Below are positions 18,108 to 27,605 of a DNA stretch of 58,487 nt, one piece after another. This stretch comes from Deltaproteobacteria bacterium. Its GTDB lineage: Bacteria; Desulfobacterota; Syntrophia; Syntrophales; Smithellaceae. A program made the position numbers and the translations under genes. The notes beneath the pieces were generated by a model. The model saw only the letters and a program-made list of their open reading frames with translations, did not search any database and had not been told where the DNA came from. Location: positions 1 through 58,487 of the forward strand of contig JAKLES010000001.1 in NCBI GenBank assembly GCA_022711575.1, written 5' to 3'. The first letter of the stretch is position 1, and each line of letters begins with the position of its first letter.

Positions 18108-18990
18108 TTTTTCTTTTTCCAGCCCCTGAAGGCAGACTGCCCCATCCCAGCTTGGAACGCAATATCTCTCCGTAACTTCGGTGCGGTGAAAGAACCAGAC
18201 TGGTCACAAACTTCGATTTTCTTACGGTCATAACATCGCCGGAACTGATCCGGTAGGACTCCTGACCATCAAGCGTTACCGTCGCACCACTCTCTTTTGA
18301 CCACAACGTAATCTGCACATCTGAATTTTCAGGGAAAATAATCGGTCGGTTCGTCAGCGTGTGTGGGCAGATCGGATTGATAATGATCAAATCCCTGCCT
18401 GGAAAAACAATCGGACCGCCGGCTGAAAGCGAATAGGCCGTTGAGCCTGTGGGTGTGGAAATGATCAAACCGTCCGACTTATACGTTGTCAGATATTGAT
18501 TGTTGATGGATGTTTCCAGTTCCACAATGCGCGAGAGATTGCCGCGGTTAATCACCACGTCATTTAAAACAATGCCCGAACCGATGATTTTATTGCCCCG
18601 GCGGATTTTCACATCGAGCATCATTCTTTTTTCCGTCAGAAGATCGCCTTTAAGAATCAGTTCGAGGGCCGCATAGGTTTCGTTTAGATTGACTTCCGTC
18701 AGATAGCCAAACGTCCCCATGTTGATGCCGACAATGGGCACATGGTGTTGAGCGACATAACGGGCTGTGCGCAGCATTGTGCCGTCTCCACCGAGGACGG
18801 CTATCAGATTCACTTTAGACGCCAAATCTTCGATTTTGAATCCCCCGCTTCTACCGATTGCGGCAGCAATGTTCGCCTCCAGCGAAACTTTAATTCCCCT
18901 GTCTTCCAGCCATTTTTTCAATGCGCCGGCAAATCCGGCGATATTTTCCTTTTCGATGTTGGCAATAATGCCGACTTTCTTAATTTTCAT
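18100..18990 (-). CDS. nadK: NAD(+) kinase
   Basis: GGDGTMLR and the NAD kinase fold (TPTGSTAYSLSAGGPI). Start re-picked at the ATG at 18990 (MKIKKVGIIAN). The long track ORF to 19164 would overlap the divergent gene. Confidence 0.9.
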   Translation of the reverse strand: MKIKKVGIIANIEKENIAGFAGALKKWLEDRGIKVSLEANIAAAIGRSGGFKIEDLASKVNLIAVLGGDGTMLRTARYVAQHHVPIVGINMGTFGYLTEVNLNETYAALELILKGDLLTEKRMMLDVKIRRGNKIIGSGIVLNDVVINRGNLSRIVELETSINNQYLTTYKSDGLIISTPTGSTAYSLSAGGPIVFPGRDLIIINPICPHTLTNRPIIFPENSDVQITLWSKESGATVTLDGQESYRISSGDVMTVRKSKFVTSLVLSPHRSYGEILRSKLGWGSLPSGAGKRKNA

Positions 18991-19166
18991 GATGATTAGC
19001 TCCAAGAAGACGACGTTTCGTAACATAAAAAAAAGGCGCTGTCTATTGATAAATGTTTTCCGGGAATAGATGAAAACTCTTTGATTTGTCAAGGCATTTT
19101 CAGGACATAAATCCTTGACAGGAGCACTTCCGATGAGGTACGGTGCGCGCCTGTGAGGTGACAAAT

Positions 19167-20258
19167 ATGGGTTTAATCAAGGGCAATTTTTCTTTTATGC
19201 AGTTTTCAGTGGAAGGCCAACTGCCGTCGCAGGCCTTTACCACTTTTATCAATAACCGGATTAAAGGGAACTCCTTTCGGGAGGCTTGCAATTCGACGGA
19301 AGAAAAGCGTATGGGTTGGGTTTCGCTTACAGATATTCTGGATGCCGACTTTGAAAAAGCCAATTACGCACTGGGTGATTATCTGATTTTTTCATTGCGG
19401 ATTGACCGCAAGCTGATCTCTCCCAAACTCATGAAAATTCGTTTAATGGAGGAACAAAGGCGATTTTTGTCAGAACACGGACAAATACATATCGGAAAAG
19501 CCATGAACGAAGGTCTCAAAGACAAGGTTAAACTGGAGCTTATGGCCAAAAGCGATCCCGTGCCTTCTTTCTATGATGTCCTATGGGCCGTGGGACAAAA
19601 TAAAGTTTATTTCTCATCTCTGTCCGACAAGCTCGCTGATGATTTTGTCGATTTATTCAAGAAAACATTTTCGCTTGGCCTGAAGCGTATCCTGCCGCAA
19701 GAACATCCGCTGGCATTGAAAAATAAAACGAAAGGCGATGTGTCTAACGAGGATATTTCGTTAATTGGACGTGAGTTTCTCACCTGGCTGTGGTTCAAAT
19801 CCGAAGAAAGAAACGGCCGCATTGCTTTGTCCAAAAGCGAAGAAGTGGAGTTGCATCTGCTCAAACGGATCGCGCTGGAAGCGGGTGAGGGAGAATACTC
19901 CCAGGGCGTTGTTTGTTCGGGTCTGCATGCCGAACTCAAAGAAGGCAAGGAAGCCATTCGTCAGGGAAAGAGAGTGAAAGAAGCGGGCATCAAGCTCCAC
20001 CACAATCAAAACGAATGGGAATTTAATTTTAAGGCCGATACCTTCTATTTTCAGTCGCTGAAAATGCCGGTCGTGGACTGGCAGGAGACAACGGGAGACC
20101 CCTCTGCAAGTCTTTTAGAGCGCATTTATCTGATTGAAAACGCTGTCAAGACTATCGACAAAATCTATGAATCTTTTCTGGCGATTCGTTTCTCAACTGA
20201 ATGGGCGAAAAACGAAAAACCGCGGATGTCAAAATGGCTGAAGAAGGAACAAGAATAA
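19167..20258 (+). CDS. RdgC-like recombination-associated protein (weak assignment)
   Basis: N-terminus MGLIKGNFSFMQF...(R)MGWVS and the overall length and charge pattern resemble RdgC. GAGGTG lies 7 nt upstream of the ATG at 19167. Assigned from memory of the family only. Confidence 0.45.
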   Translation: MGLIKGNFSFMQFSVEGQLPSQAFTTFINNRIKGNSFREACNSTEEKRMGWVSLTDILDADFEKANYALGDYLIFSLRIDRKLISPKLMKIRLMEEQRRFLSEHGQIHIGKAMNEGLKDKVKLELMAKSDPVPSFYDVLWAVGQNKVYFSSLSDKLADDFVDLFKKTFSLGLKRILPQEHPLALKNKTKGDVSNEDISLIGREFLTWLWFKSEERNGRIALSKSEEVELHLLKRIALEAGEGEYSQGVVCSGLHAELKEGKEAIRQGKRVKEAGIKLHHNQNEWEFNFKADTFYFQSLKMPVVDWQETTGDPSASLLERIYLIENAVKTIDKIYESFLAIRFSTEWAKNEKPRMSKWLKKEQE

Positions 20259-20396
20259 AAGCCGTGCCCCTTGAAATTAGTCCCTGCCTTTATCGAGTCA
20301 TAAATGACTTTACAAATGGGATTAAATCATTAAACTACTCGTTAGATACAAGCTCTAAACCAAAAAAACAATGCCATACCCGGGAGGTGAAATGCG

Positions 20397-20690
20397 ATGG
20401 AACAAAATCAGATGGCCAGACAAATGATGGAATTTAACAAAACAGCATTTGACAACAGTTTCAACGCTATGTCGGCACTGCAGGATCAAACCGAGAAGTT
20501 GGTAATGAGTTTTCTGGATAAAGCCCCCTGGTTTCCAGCAGAAGGGAAAAAGGCAATGAACGACTGGATCAACAGCTACAAGAAAGGCCGCGAAGACTTT
20601 AAAGTAGCCACTGATGAAAGTTATCAGAAAGTTGCCGAATATTTTGTCGAGGCAGAAAAGCCAAAGACGAAAAAAACAGGGAAAAAATAA
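20397..20690 (+). CDS. Small helical phasin-like protein, paralogue 1
   Basis: Strong RBS (GGGAGGTG). ...FNKTAFDNSFNAMSALQDQTEKLV... resembles the phasin (Phasin_2-type) N-terminal helix. Roughly half identical to the next ORF. Confidence 0.6.
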   Translation: MEQNQMARQMMEFNKTAFDNSFNAMSALQDQTEKLVMSFLDKAPWFPAEGKKAMNDWINSYKKGREDFKVATDESYQKVAEYFVEAEKPKTKKTGKK

Positions 20691-20722
20691 GAAAATTTGA
20701 AGATTTCATCAAGGAGGTTGCA

Positions 20723-20986
20723 ATGGACCCCAAACTGATCGCCAAACAGATGATTGTTTTTAATAAAACAGCTTTTGATAACAATTTTCGCGCTATGCAG
20801 GCGCTGCAGGAACAAACTGAAGGGCTGGTCAATAAATTCTGGGATAAATCGCCGATGTTTCCTGAAGAAGGGAAAAAGGTGATTTCCGACTGGATGACAG
20901 CCTATAAAAAAGGCTGTAAAGACTTCAAACGTGTGATGGATGATAACTTCAAAAAAGTCGAAGATTTTTTTGAAGAAAAGAAATAG
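20723..20986 (+). CDS. Small helical phasin-like protein, paralogue 2
   Basis: AAGGAGG RBS. ...FNKTAFDNNFRAMQALQEQTEGLV...FPEEGKK...W...YKKG..DFK runs parallel to paralogue 1. Confidence 0.6.
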   Translation: MDPKLIAKQMIVFNKTAFDNNFRAMQALQEQTEGLVNKFWDKSPMFPEEGKKVISDWMTAYKKGCKDFKRVMDDNFKKVEDFFEEKK

Positions 20987-21042
20987 CCTTGATTTGTGGC
21001 ACACACAAGGTAACTGACTTTTTTAACAAGACCGGCTTAAAG

Positions 21043-22623
21043 ATGACTTGCATCATTGAAAGTATGACCCGCCCTGATTTTTATCCTCACCACCCCGAAA
21101 CAGTGGAATTGGTGCAAACCCATATTTCCTACATCTTCATTGCCGGAAATTACGTGTATAAAGTTAAAAAACCGGTAAATTTTGGTTTTCTTGATTTCAC
21201 CACGCTTGAAAAAAGAAAATTCTACTGCCAAGAAGAACTGCGCCTGAATAAACGCCTGGCCCCCAGCATCTATCTTGATGTTGTACCGATTGTTCGGGAT
21301 AATCTGGGAAGCCTGTCTACCCGAGGTGATGGAGAAATCATCGAATATGCTGTCCGCATGAAAAAGCTGCCCTTGGACAAGATGCTGAAAACCTTACTGG
21401 CCCAAGGTCAGGCGGACGCTAAAATCATGGATGCTGTGGCCGAAAAAATCGCCCAGTTTCATACGGCGGCGCAGACCGGCGGTTCCATCGACGAGATGGG
21501 CTCCATCAAGACCATTCGCCGCAACTGCGAAGAAAATTTTGCGCAAACCAAAAAGTACATCGATGTCACTATCCCTGCCTATCAATACCAATTCATCAAA
21601 GAGTATGTGGAAAGATTTCTTGCAATAAATAAACAGCTTCTGGAAAAAAGAGTCGTGGAACATAAAATACGGGACTGCCACGGTGACCTGCATCTGGAAC
21701 ATATCTGCATTGATGATGAGATTATTATTTTTGACTGCATTGAGTTCAATGAACGCTTCCGATGCAGCGATGTGGCAGCCGAGGTGGCTTTCCTGACGAT
21801 GGACCTCGATTATAATGGTTATTTCCGCCAGGCTGAAGGTTTTACGCTCTCGTATCTGACATATTCCGGTGATATGGATATGAAAGCTCTTTTAAATTTT
21901 TATCGCTGCTACTATGCTTATGTTCGAGGGAAAGTTATCAGTTTCCGCCTGGATCAACAAGAGATAGCGATAGTCGAGCGGGCTGCAATAAAGCAGACCT
22001 CGTCCAAATATTTTGATCTGGCTTATACGTATGCGGCGCACCTCGAAAAACCGGCTTTGATTCTTACCGCGGGACTGATCGGTTCCGGCAAAAGTTACCA
22101 GGCACGGCATCTGGCGGGGCGGCTCGGCGCGGACGTGATTCGCACGGATATCCTGCGCAAAGAACTGCTACAGATCTCACCCGCCGAAAAGCACTATGAA
22201 TCGTTCGGTCGTGGTATTTACACGCGTGATATTTCCCAAAAAACCTATGAAAAAGCCGTCGAGCTGGCTGCTGAAAGAATTCAGCACGGCAAGTCCGTTA
22301 TAATCGACGCCTCTTTTAAGAATCGCTCTGATCGCGAATTGGTTTTCAATCTGGCTGATAGGCTTCAGGTGCCGTTTTATGTCATTGAATGCACCTGCCC
22401 TGATGACGTCGTTAAAATACGTCTGGAAAAAAGAATGCTGGAGAAGGATAATCCATCCGACGGCCGCTGGGAAATACTGCAGGAGCAGAAAAAACAGTAT
22501 GAAGCATTAAGCGAAATCCCCGCCGGCAGCTACTTTAAAGTTGACACCGTGAACAATCCGGAAATTCTTCGCCAAGATATTATTCACACGATCAAAATGG
22601 CTGAATTACGAATCAAAGAATAA
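21043..22623 (+). CDS. Bifunctional aminoglycoside-phosphotransferase-like kinase / P-loop (AAA_33-type) ATP-binding protein
   Basis: N-terminal APH/protein-kinase-like fold (ETHISYIF..VYKVKKP, HGDLHLEHI) and a C-terminal P-loop GLIGSGKS. ATG at 21043 chosen; the track start at 20989 is a TTG. Confidence 0.75.
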   Translation: MTCIIESMTRPDFYPHHPETVELVQTHISYIFIAGNYVYKVKKPVNFGFLDFTTLEKRKFYCQEELRLNKRLAPSIYLDVVPIVRDNLGSLSTRGDGEIIEYAVRMKKLPLDKMLKTLLAQGQADAKIMDAVAEKIAQFHTAAQTGGSIDEMGSIKTIRRNCEENFAQTKKYIDVTIPAYQYQFIKEYVERFLAINKQLLEKRVVEHKIRDCHGDLHLEHICIDDEIIIFDCIEFNERFRCSDVAAEVAFLTMDLDYNGYFRQAEGFTLSYLTYSGDMDMKALLNFYRCYYAYVRGKVISFRLDQQEIAIVERAAIKQTSSKYFDLAYTYAAHLEKPALILTAGLIGSGKSYQARHLAGRLGADVIRTDILRKELLQISPAEKHYESFGRGIYTRDISQKTYEKAVELAAERIQHGKSVIIDASFKNRSDRELVFNLADRLQVPFYVIECTCPDDVVKIRLEKRMLEKDNPSDGRWEILQEQKKQYEALSEIPAGSYFKVDTVNNPEILRQDIIHTIKMAELRIKE

Positions 22624-22628
22624 ATTAC

Positions 22629-23378
22629 TTATGGTTTAGAGGTTTCTTTGACTTGCGCGTTTGCTTTCGCTTTTTCTTCTTTTAGCTTTTGAGATTTTGC
22701 TTCTTCGGCAAGCCGGGCTTTCGTTTCCGCGACATATGATTCTACTTTCAAATCCATGCCCACACCGGCATAATCACGCGCGATGATTTCAAAGCGTTTC
22801 AGCGCGGCGTTATATTTTTTCTGTTTGAAATAAAAATTACCCACATAAAACTCATGTTCGGCAAGTTTCATTTTGCATTCCCGGATCATTTTTTCGGCCA
22901 GGATGGAAAATTTGCTTTGCGGAAAACGGGCAACCAGTCTTTCGAACTCTTTTTTGGCTCGGATGGTTTCCGTCTGATCACGGTCAACCGCCCCAATTTC
23001 GACGTAGTGGCACATCCCCATTTGATAGATCGCATAGGGAACATTTTCATTCGTCGGATAAAACGTTGTAAAATCACGATAGGCTAGTTCCGCCTCCACG
23101 TATTCTTTATCGCTGTAAAAAGAATCCGCAATGCCCAGTTCGGCTAAAATGGCCAGGTCGTGAAGGGGATATTCTTCCTTGAGGCGAACATAGAATTCCC
23201 GCGATTTTTTATACTTGCCGTTCTGATATTCAACCGTGCCGCGCGAGTAGAGCGATTCCGGCGTTGACCGGACCGGTTCGCTTTTCTGAAAAAATGACAG
23301 GATGGTCGCTTTAGTCAATGAGCAACCGCTGCACATTACCAGAAGGACTAGGATGACACTGATTTTTTTTAACTTCAC
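22629..23378 (-). CDS. bamD: Outer membrane protein assembly factor BamD (TPR lipoprotein)
   Basis: Lipobox LLVMCSGC, TPR repeats, and the typical BamD motifs (Y..G......Y..A...F......P.S.Y). GTG start at 23378 with AGGAAT upstream. The longer track ORF would overlap trxA. Confidence 0.8.
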   Translation of the reverse strand: MKLKKISVILVLLVMCSGCSLTKATILSFFQKSEPVRSTPESLYSRGTVEYQNGKYKKSREFYVRLKEEYPLHDLAILAELGIADSFYSDKEYVEAELAYRDFTTFYPTNENVPYAIYQMGMCHYVEIGAVDRDQTETIRAKKEFERLVARFPQSKFSILAEKMIRECKMKLAEHEFYVGNFYFKQKKYNAALKRFEIIARDYAGVGMDLKVESYVAETKARLAEEAKSQKLKEEKAKANAQVKETSKP

Positions 23379-23442
23379 AAGAATTCCTGTACGAAATTTA
23401 ATAGAAGGTAACTTTATTCCCGTTGGACTTGTCCGACGAAAA

Positions 23443-23772
23443 TCACATGCTTTTTTTAATAAACTCTTCGAGTTTCTCCTTCGGCACAAGACCAATGAGG
23501 GTGTCAAACACCTTCCCGCCTTTAAATATAATCAGGGTAGGAATGCTACGAACACCATAGGCAACCGCCGATTTCTGACTATCGTCAACATTCAGTTTCA
23601 TAACTTTGATCTTATCTTGATATTCAGCGGCGATTTCTTCCACAATTGGGCCAATGGCCTTGCATGGCCCGCACCAGGGCGCCCAGAAATCAATGAGTAC
23701 CGGTTTGTCGCTTTTCAGGACTTCCCCCTCAAAATTGTCATCAGTTGCCACACCAAGAAATTGGCTGCTCAT
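23443..23772 (-). CDS. trxA: Thioredoxin
   Basis: VLIDFWAPWCGPCK active site, 109 aa counted from the ATG at 23772 (MSSQFLG). Confidence 0.95.
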   Translation of the reverse strand: MSSQFLGVATDDNFEGEVLKSDKPVLIDFWAPWCGPCKAIGPIVEEIAAEYQDKIKVMKLNVDDSQKSAVAYGVRSIPTLIIFKGGKVFDTLIGLVPKEKLEEFIKKSM

Positions 23773-23919
23773 AAGACACGCCCTCCTTTTTATTTGCCGA
23801 CTATATGTCATAGCGAACCAAAAAAAGTCAAATGCTATTTGCCGACTATGCAAGCCCTTCCATTTTTTTGACTACACTTTATTTATCTGCTATGAATCAG
23901 CCTACACAAGGAGGTTGAT

Positions 23920-24645
23920 ATGGAACGTGTGGGTGTATTAGCAGGTTCAGTGATAATGGAAAGAAACGATCTGATCAAAAAAGGCAACCGGCAACGGATC
24001 AAAAATCAATATGGTGAAGCGCTGACAACGGCAACCGATCAGATGGTTTTTATTGTCCGTCACGGCGATAATCCCGACGAATATATTCTGCCCCACAGGA
24101 TCAACCACCCTGCCAATCTCCAGGCGCTCAAAGACCTTGGCGTCACCGAAGTGATCGGCATCAATTCAACCGGATCATTAAAAAAAAATCTGCATCCGGG
24201 CATGATTATTATTCCCGATGATTTTATTACACTCACGGCGACACCCACCATTCATCAGAATAAAGCCCTTCACATCACGCCATCCTTAAATGAATTTGTT
24301 CGTCAAAAACTGATTGCGGCGGCGCGGGCCTGCAACCTGGATGTTGCGGAAACAGGAATCTACTGGCAGGTTACAGGGCCCCGTCTGGAAACCCGGGCGG
24401 AAATCCGAATGATGGCGAACTTTGCCGACGTCGTCGGAATGACAATGGCCAATGAAGCGGTTATTGCCCTGGAAATGGGTTTGCCATACGCCTCGGTCTG
24501 TTTCATCGACAATTACGGCAATGGCCTTGTGGAAAACCCCCTGGGTATGGAAGAAATCATCGCGAACACACGCAAGAATGCGGACAGCATGATGAGACTT
24601 TTGGAGCAGTATGTTAAATTACGAGCGGCTGTCTCCGACACATGA
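23920..24645 (+). CDS. MTAP-family purine nucleoside phosphorylase-like protein
   Basis: ...RHG....LPHRINH.AN..ALK.LGV..VI..NSTGSL, and GPRLETRAEIRM plus MT..NEA resemble the S-methyl-5'-thioadenosine/6-oxopurine phosphorylase family. AGGAGG RBS. Confidence 0.7.
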   Translation: MERVGVLAGSVIMERNDLIKKGNRQRIKNQYGEALTTATDQMVFIVRHGDNPDEYILPHRINHPANLQALKDLGVTEVIGINSTGSLKKNLHPGMIIIPDDFITLTATPTIHQNKALHITPSLNEFVRQKLIAAARACNLDVAETGIYWQVTGPRLETRAEIRMMANFADVVGMTMANEAVIALEMGLPYASVCFIDNYGNGLVENPLGMEEIIANTRKNADSMMRLLEQYVKLRAAVSDT

Positions 24646-25593
24646 TCAAAGACTGCAATTCCGGAATTCCGCTGGTTCCAGAATGTTCAACTTTTTGCGT
24701 CGGAGATATTCCGGAAAACCATAAAGATGTTTTCCACGATACTCCATGATCACTGCGTTTGCCGGACAGTTATTCAGGCAACCAAAGCAGGCCAAGCACT
24801 TGTCCCTATCCACAAACTGTTTCTCCGGATGAATCGCGGCCACCGGGCACATTTTCACGCAGGTCCCGCATGCAATACACTTGGACCCATCCACCATATG
24901 TTTGCTGATCGCTTTCTTGTTGAGCCAGACCAGGGGAAGCATCCTCAGGAATTCCCGCAGCGCTAGTTCGGCCTCATAACGGATAGCCTCGCCACGGCTG
25001 ATTTGCGCGAGAATCTGACTGGTGAAACGCCTAACCTGCTCGTAGGTGGCTTCATTGGGTAGATGTTCGCCCGAGCGTTGATTCGCGCTGTCCCAGGTCG
25101 GTGTCGGGTATGCGGGAACGCTGCGGAAGGCTTCCATGCCGACAGCGATGCCCTCCTTATCTGTTAAAAGACGGAGGGTATGACACAGAGCGTTGTGCTG
25201 ATTGCCTTCCGGTCCGCCGAAAGACACAAAGGCCGCCACGGGCGTTCCCGTAATTTTCGGCGTCGCCGCCAACCAGTCGCTGACATTAGATGGGATATCG
25301 TAATAAAAAACTGGCGAACCGATCAGGATCAGGTCATAATCCGTCAGGCGTTTTGTATCGAAGCTCCTTATGTCGGCCAGATCCGCCATCAGTCCCTTTT
25401 CTCTGAGGATACAGGAAATTAGTTTCCCATAACGGCGGGTAAATCCCGACTGGCTGTAACATACAACTAGCCCCCGTTTCGGATTGCGGGTTTTCAATTC
25501 CCGGTGAGCCGCCTGCCCGCCAGCGGGAAGCGGCAGGCTTAATGCAGCGCAGAGGATAGCGCTTTTTTTAATAAAGTTTCGTCTGGTGTCCAT
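24646..25593 (-). CDS. Tat-signal flavodoxin-like / 2x[4Fe-4S] ferredoxin fusion protein
   Basis: N-terminal twin-arginine motif DTRRNFIKK, a flavodoxin-like fold (VVCYSQSGFT, LILIGSPVFY), and two C-terminal CxxCxxCxxxCP clusters (CIACGTCVKMCP, CLACFGCLNNCP). Confidence 0.75.
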   Translation of the reverse strand: MDTRRNFIKKSAILCAALSLPLPAGGQAAHRELKTRNPKRGLVVCYSQSGFTRRYGKLISCILREKGLMADLADIRSFDTKRLTDYDLILIGSPVFYYDIPSNVSDWLAATPKITGTPVAAFVSFGGPEGNQHNALCHTLRLLTDKEGIAVGMEAFRSVPAYPTPTWDSANQRSGEHLPNEATYEQVRRFTSQILAQISRGEAIRYEAELALREFLRMLPLVWLNKKAISKHMVDGSKCIACGTCVKMCPVAAIHPEKQFVDRDKCLACFGCLNNCPANAVIMEYRGKHLYGFPEYLRRKKLNILEPAEFRNCSL

Positions 25594-25628
25594 AAGGTTT
25601 CCCTTATATTTTTTTCATCGGTTAATGG

Positions 25629-27512
25629 TCAATTTTTATTTTCTTCACTGTTAAAATTAATTTTCAATTCGTAAACACTGGCATCCAAGTGTGTCGTCAT
25701 CGGATAGCCGGATTTAGCAAACACCTGCATCATCGGTTTGTTGCGGGACAACACATCCGCCGTGAATCCCACGATGTTCTTTTCTCTCGCTATGCGGATC
25801 AGATACCGCAAAAGGAATGTACCGATGCCCCGGTCCTGCCAGTCCTGATGGGTGGTAAAAGCCACTTCGGCATATCGCGTATTGGGATCATTGATATACC
25901 GCCCGATAGCAACAATCTCTTCCCGGCTTTCAGGCTCCGCTTTGCCGATCACCGCGGCAATAGCCATTCGATCATTATAATCAATGGCGGCCAGCGGCAT
26001 AGCGACTTTATGGGAAAAGGATTTAAGGCTATGGAAGAAACGGGTATAGATGTCTTGTTCCGGCAGTTCGTAAATCAGTTCCTGAATGGCGCGTTCATCG
26101 GTAGCCTTCACCGGGCGAAAAAATAGTTGGGTGTTTTTCTTGTCCACCCAATTGATTTCGTATTCCTTTGGATACAAAACTGCAGGCAACGTCTGATCGC
26201 GGTAAATATAACCCTGTTTTTTCGCCGCCTCCAATAATTCCTCGCGGAAGTTAGGATGGGCAATGCTGATTAACATCATAGCCCGATCCCGGATGGATTT
26301 GCCATGCACATAGGCGATCCCATATTCCGTCACGACATAATGGATATCTCCTCTTGTTACAACCACGCCGCTGCCCGGAGAAAGATAGGGTACAATTCGG
26401 GAAATCTTTCCGTCTTCAGTCGTAGAGGGCAGCACCATAATGGACTTACCGCGCTCGGACATGGCCGAACCGCGCACAAAATCCACCTGTCCGCCAATGC
26501 CGCTGTAAAATTCAAAGCCGAGCGAATCGGAGCAGACCTGTCCTGTCAGATCAACGGTAAGCGCGGAATTAATTGACACCATCCGGTCGTTTTGAGCAAT
26601 TACATAAGGGTCGTTGACGTACTGGCACGGACGGAATTCAAACAGCGGATTATTGTTTACGTATTCATAGAGGCGTCGGGTACCCATGCAAAAAGCCGTG
26701 ACGACTTTTCCCGGATGCAGCGTTTTTTTCCGGCAGGTCACCACGTCGCTTTCTATCAAATCAATCAGACCATCAGTAAACGTTTCCGTGTGAACGCCCA
26801 GATCCTTTTTGTTTTTGAGATAGGGGAACACTGAATTGGGAATTTTACCCACACCCGTCTGGATGGTGGATTCATTATCGATCAGATCGGCAATTAGTTG
26901 ACCAATCGATTGGGCGATATGATCCGGCGACTTCTGTTCAAACTCCAGAAGCGGCACGTCGTTTTGCACAAAGGCGGAAATCTGGCTGACGTGCAGGAAG
27001 CTGTCACCCAGTGTCCGGGGCATATTCGTATTCACTTCCGCTACAACATAGCGTGCGACTTCCGCTGCCGTCTTGGTGATGTCCACGGAAATGCCCAGAC
27101 TGACATAGCCGTTCATATCCGGCGGGGATACGGTAATGAGCGCAACATCAATGGGCATCGACCCTCGCTGCATAAGCAGAGATACTTCCGAAAGGAAAAT
27201 GGGCGTGTAGTCGGCATGGCCCGCTTTGATTGCCGCGCGGGCGTTCGCGCCGATGAAGAGCGCGTTATGCCGGAAATGCTCAGTATAAATATCCGAGGTG
27301 TAGTCGGTGAGCCCCAGATCAAGAAAATGGATAATCTCCACATCGGCAAAATTCTGCGCCATATCCAGGAGCGTCTTGATCAGCAGTTGCGGTTCTCCGC
27401 AGGCCGACGCAATAAAGATCCGCGCCCCGCGGCGTATCCGCGATAAGGCGCTTTGTGCGTCAGTCAGTTTCTCTTTATACATCTTCGGCCAGTCAAGAAT
27501 CATAGGGCTCAT
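25629..27512 (-). CDS. Acetyl-CoA hydrolase/transferase family protein fused to a C-terminal GNAT acetyltransferase domain
   Basis: An N-terminal ~440 aa AcetylCoA_hydro/transf fold (GIGKIPN, SGIGGQVDF) plus a C-terminal GNAT motif (QDRGIGTFLL). Confidence 0.85.
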   Translation of the reverse strand: MSPMILDWPKMYKEKLTDAQSALSRIRRGARIFIASACGEPQLLIKTLLDMAQNFADVEIIHFLDLGLTDYTSDIYTEHFRHNALFIGANARAAIKAGHADYTPIFLSEVSLLMQRGSMPIDVALITVSPPDMNGYVSLGISVDITKTAAEVARYVVAEVNTNMPRTLGDSFLHVSQISAFVQNDVPLLEFEQKSPDHIAQSIGQLIADLIDNESTIQTGVGKIPNSVFPYLKNKKDLGVHTETFTDGLIDLIESDVVTCRKKTLHPGKVVTAFCMGTRRLYEYVNNNPLFEFRPCQYVNDPYVIAQNDRMVSINSALTVDLTGQVCSDSLGFEFYSGIGGQVDFVRGSAMSERGKSIMVLPSTTEDGKISRIVPYLSPGSGVVVTRGDIHYVVTEYGIAYVHGKSIRDRAMMLISIAHPNFREELLEAAKKQGYIYRDQTLPAVLYPKEYEINWVDKKNTQLFFRPVKATDERAIQELIYELPEQDIYTRFFHSLKSFSHKVAMPLAAIDYNDRMAIAAVIGKAEPESREEIVAIGRYINDPNTRYAEVAFTTHQDWQDRGIGTFLLRYLIRIAREKNIVGFTADVLSRNKPMMQVFAKSGYPMTTHLDASVYELKINFNSEENKN

Positions 27513-27605
27513 TTCTCCTTTCCCGCATCAAAAAGAACAAGATGACCTTCAACCTGGCGAGACGTCATTGAAGATTTGAAATAAATGTTCTTGAGAAGTT
27601 ACACA

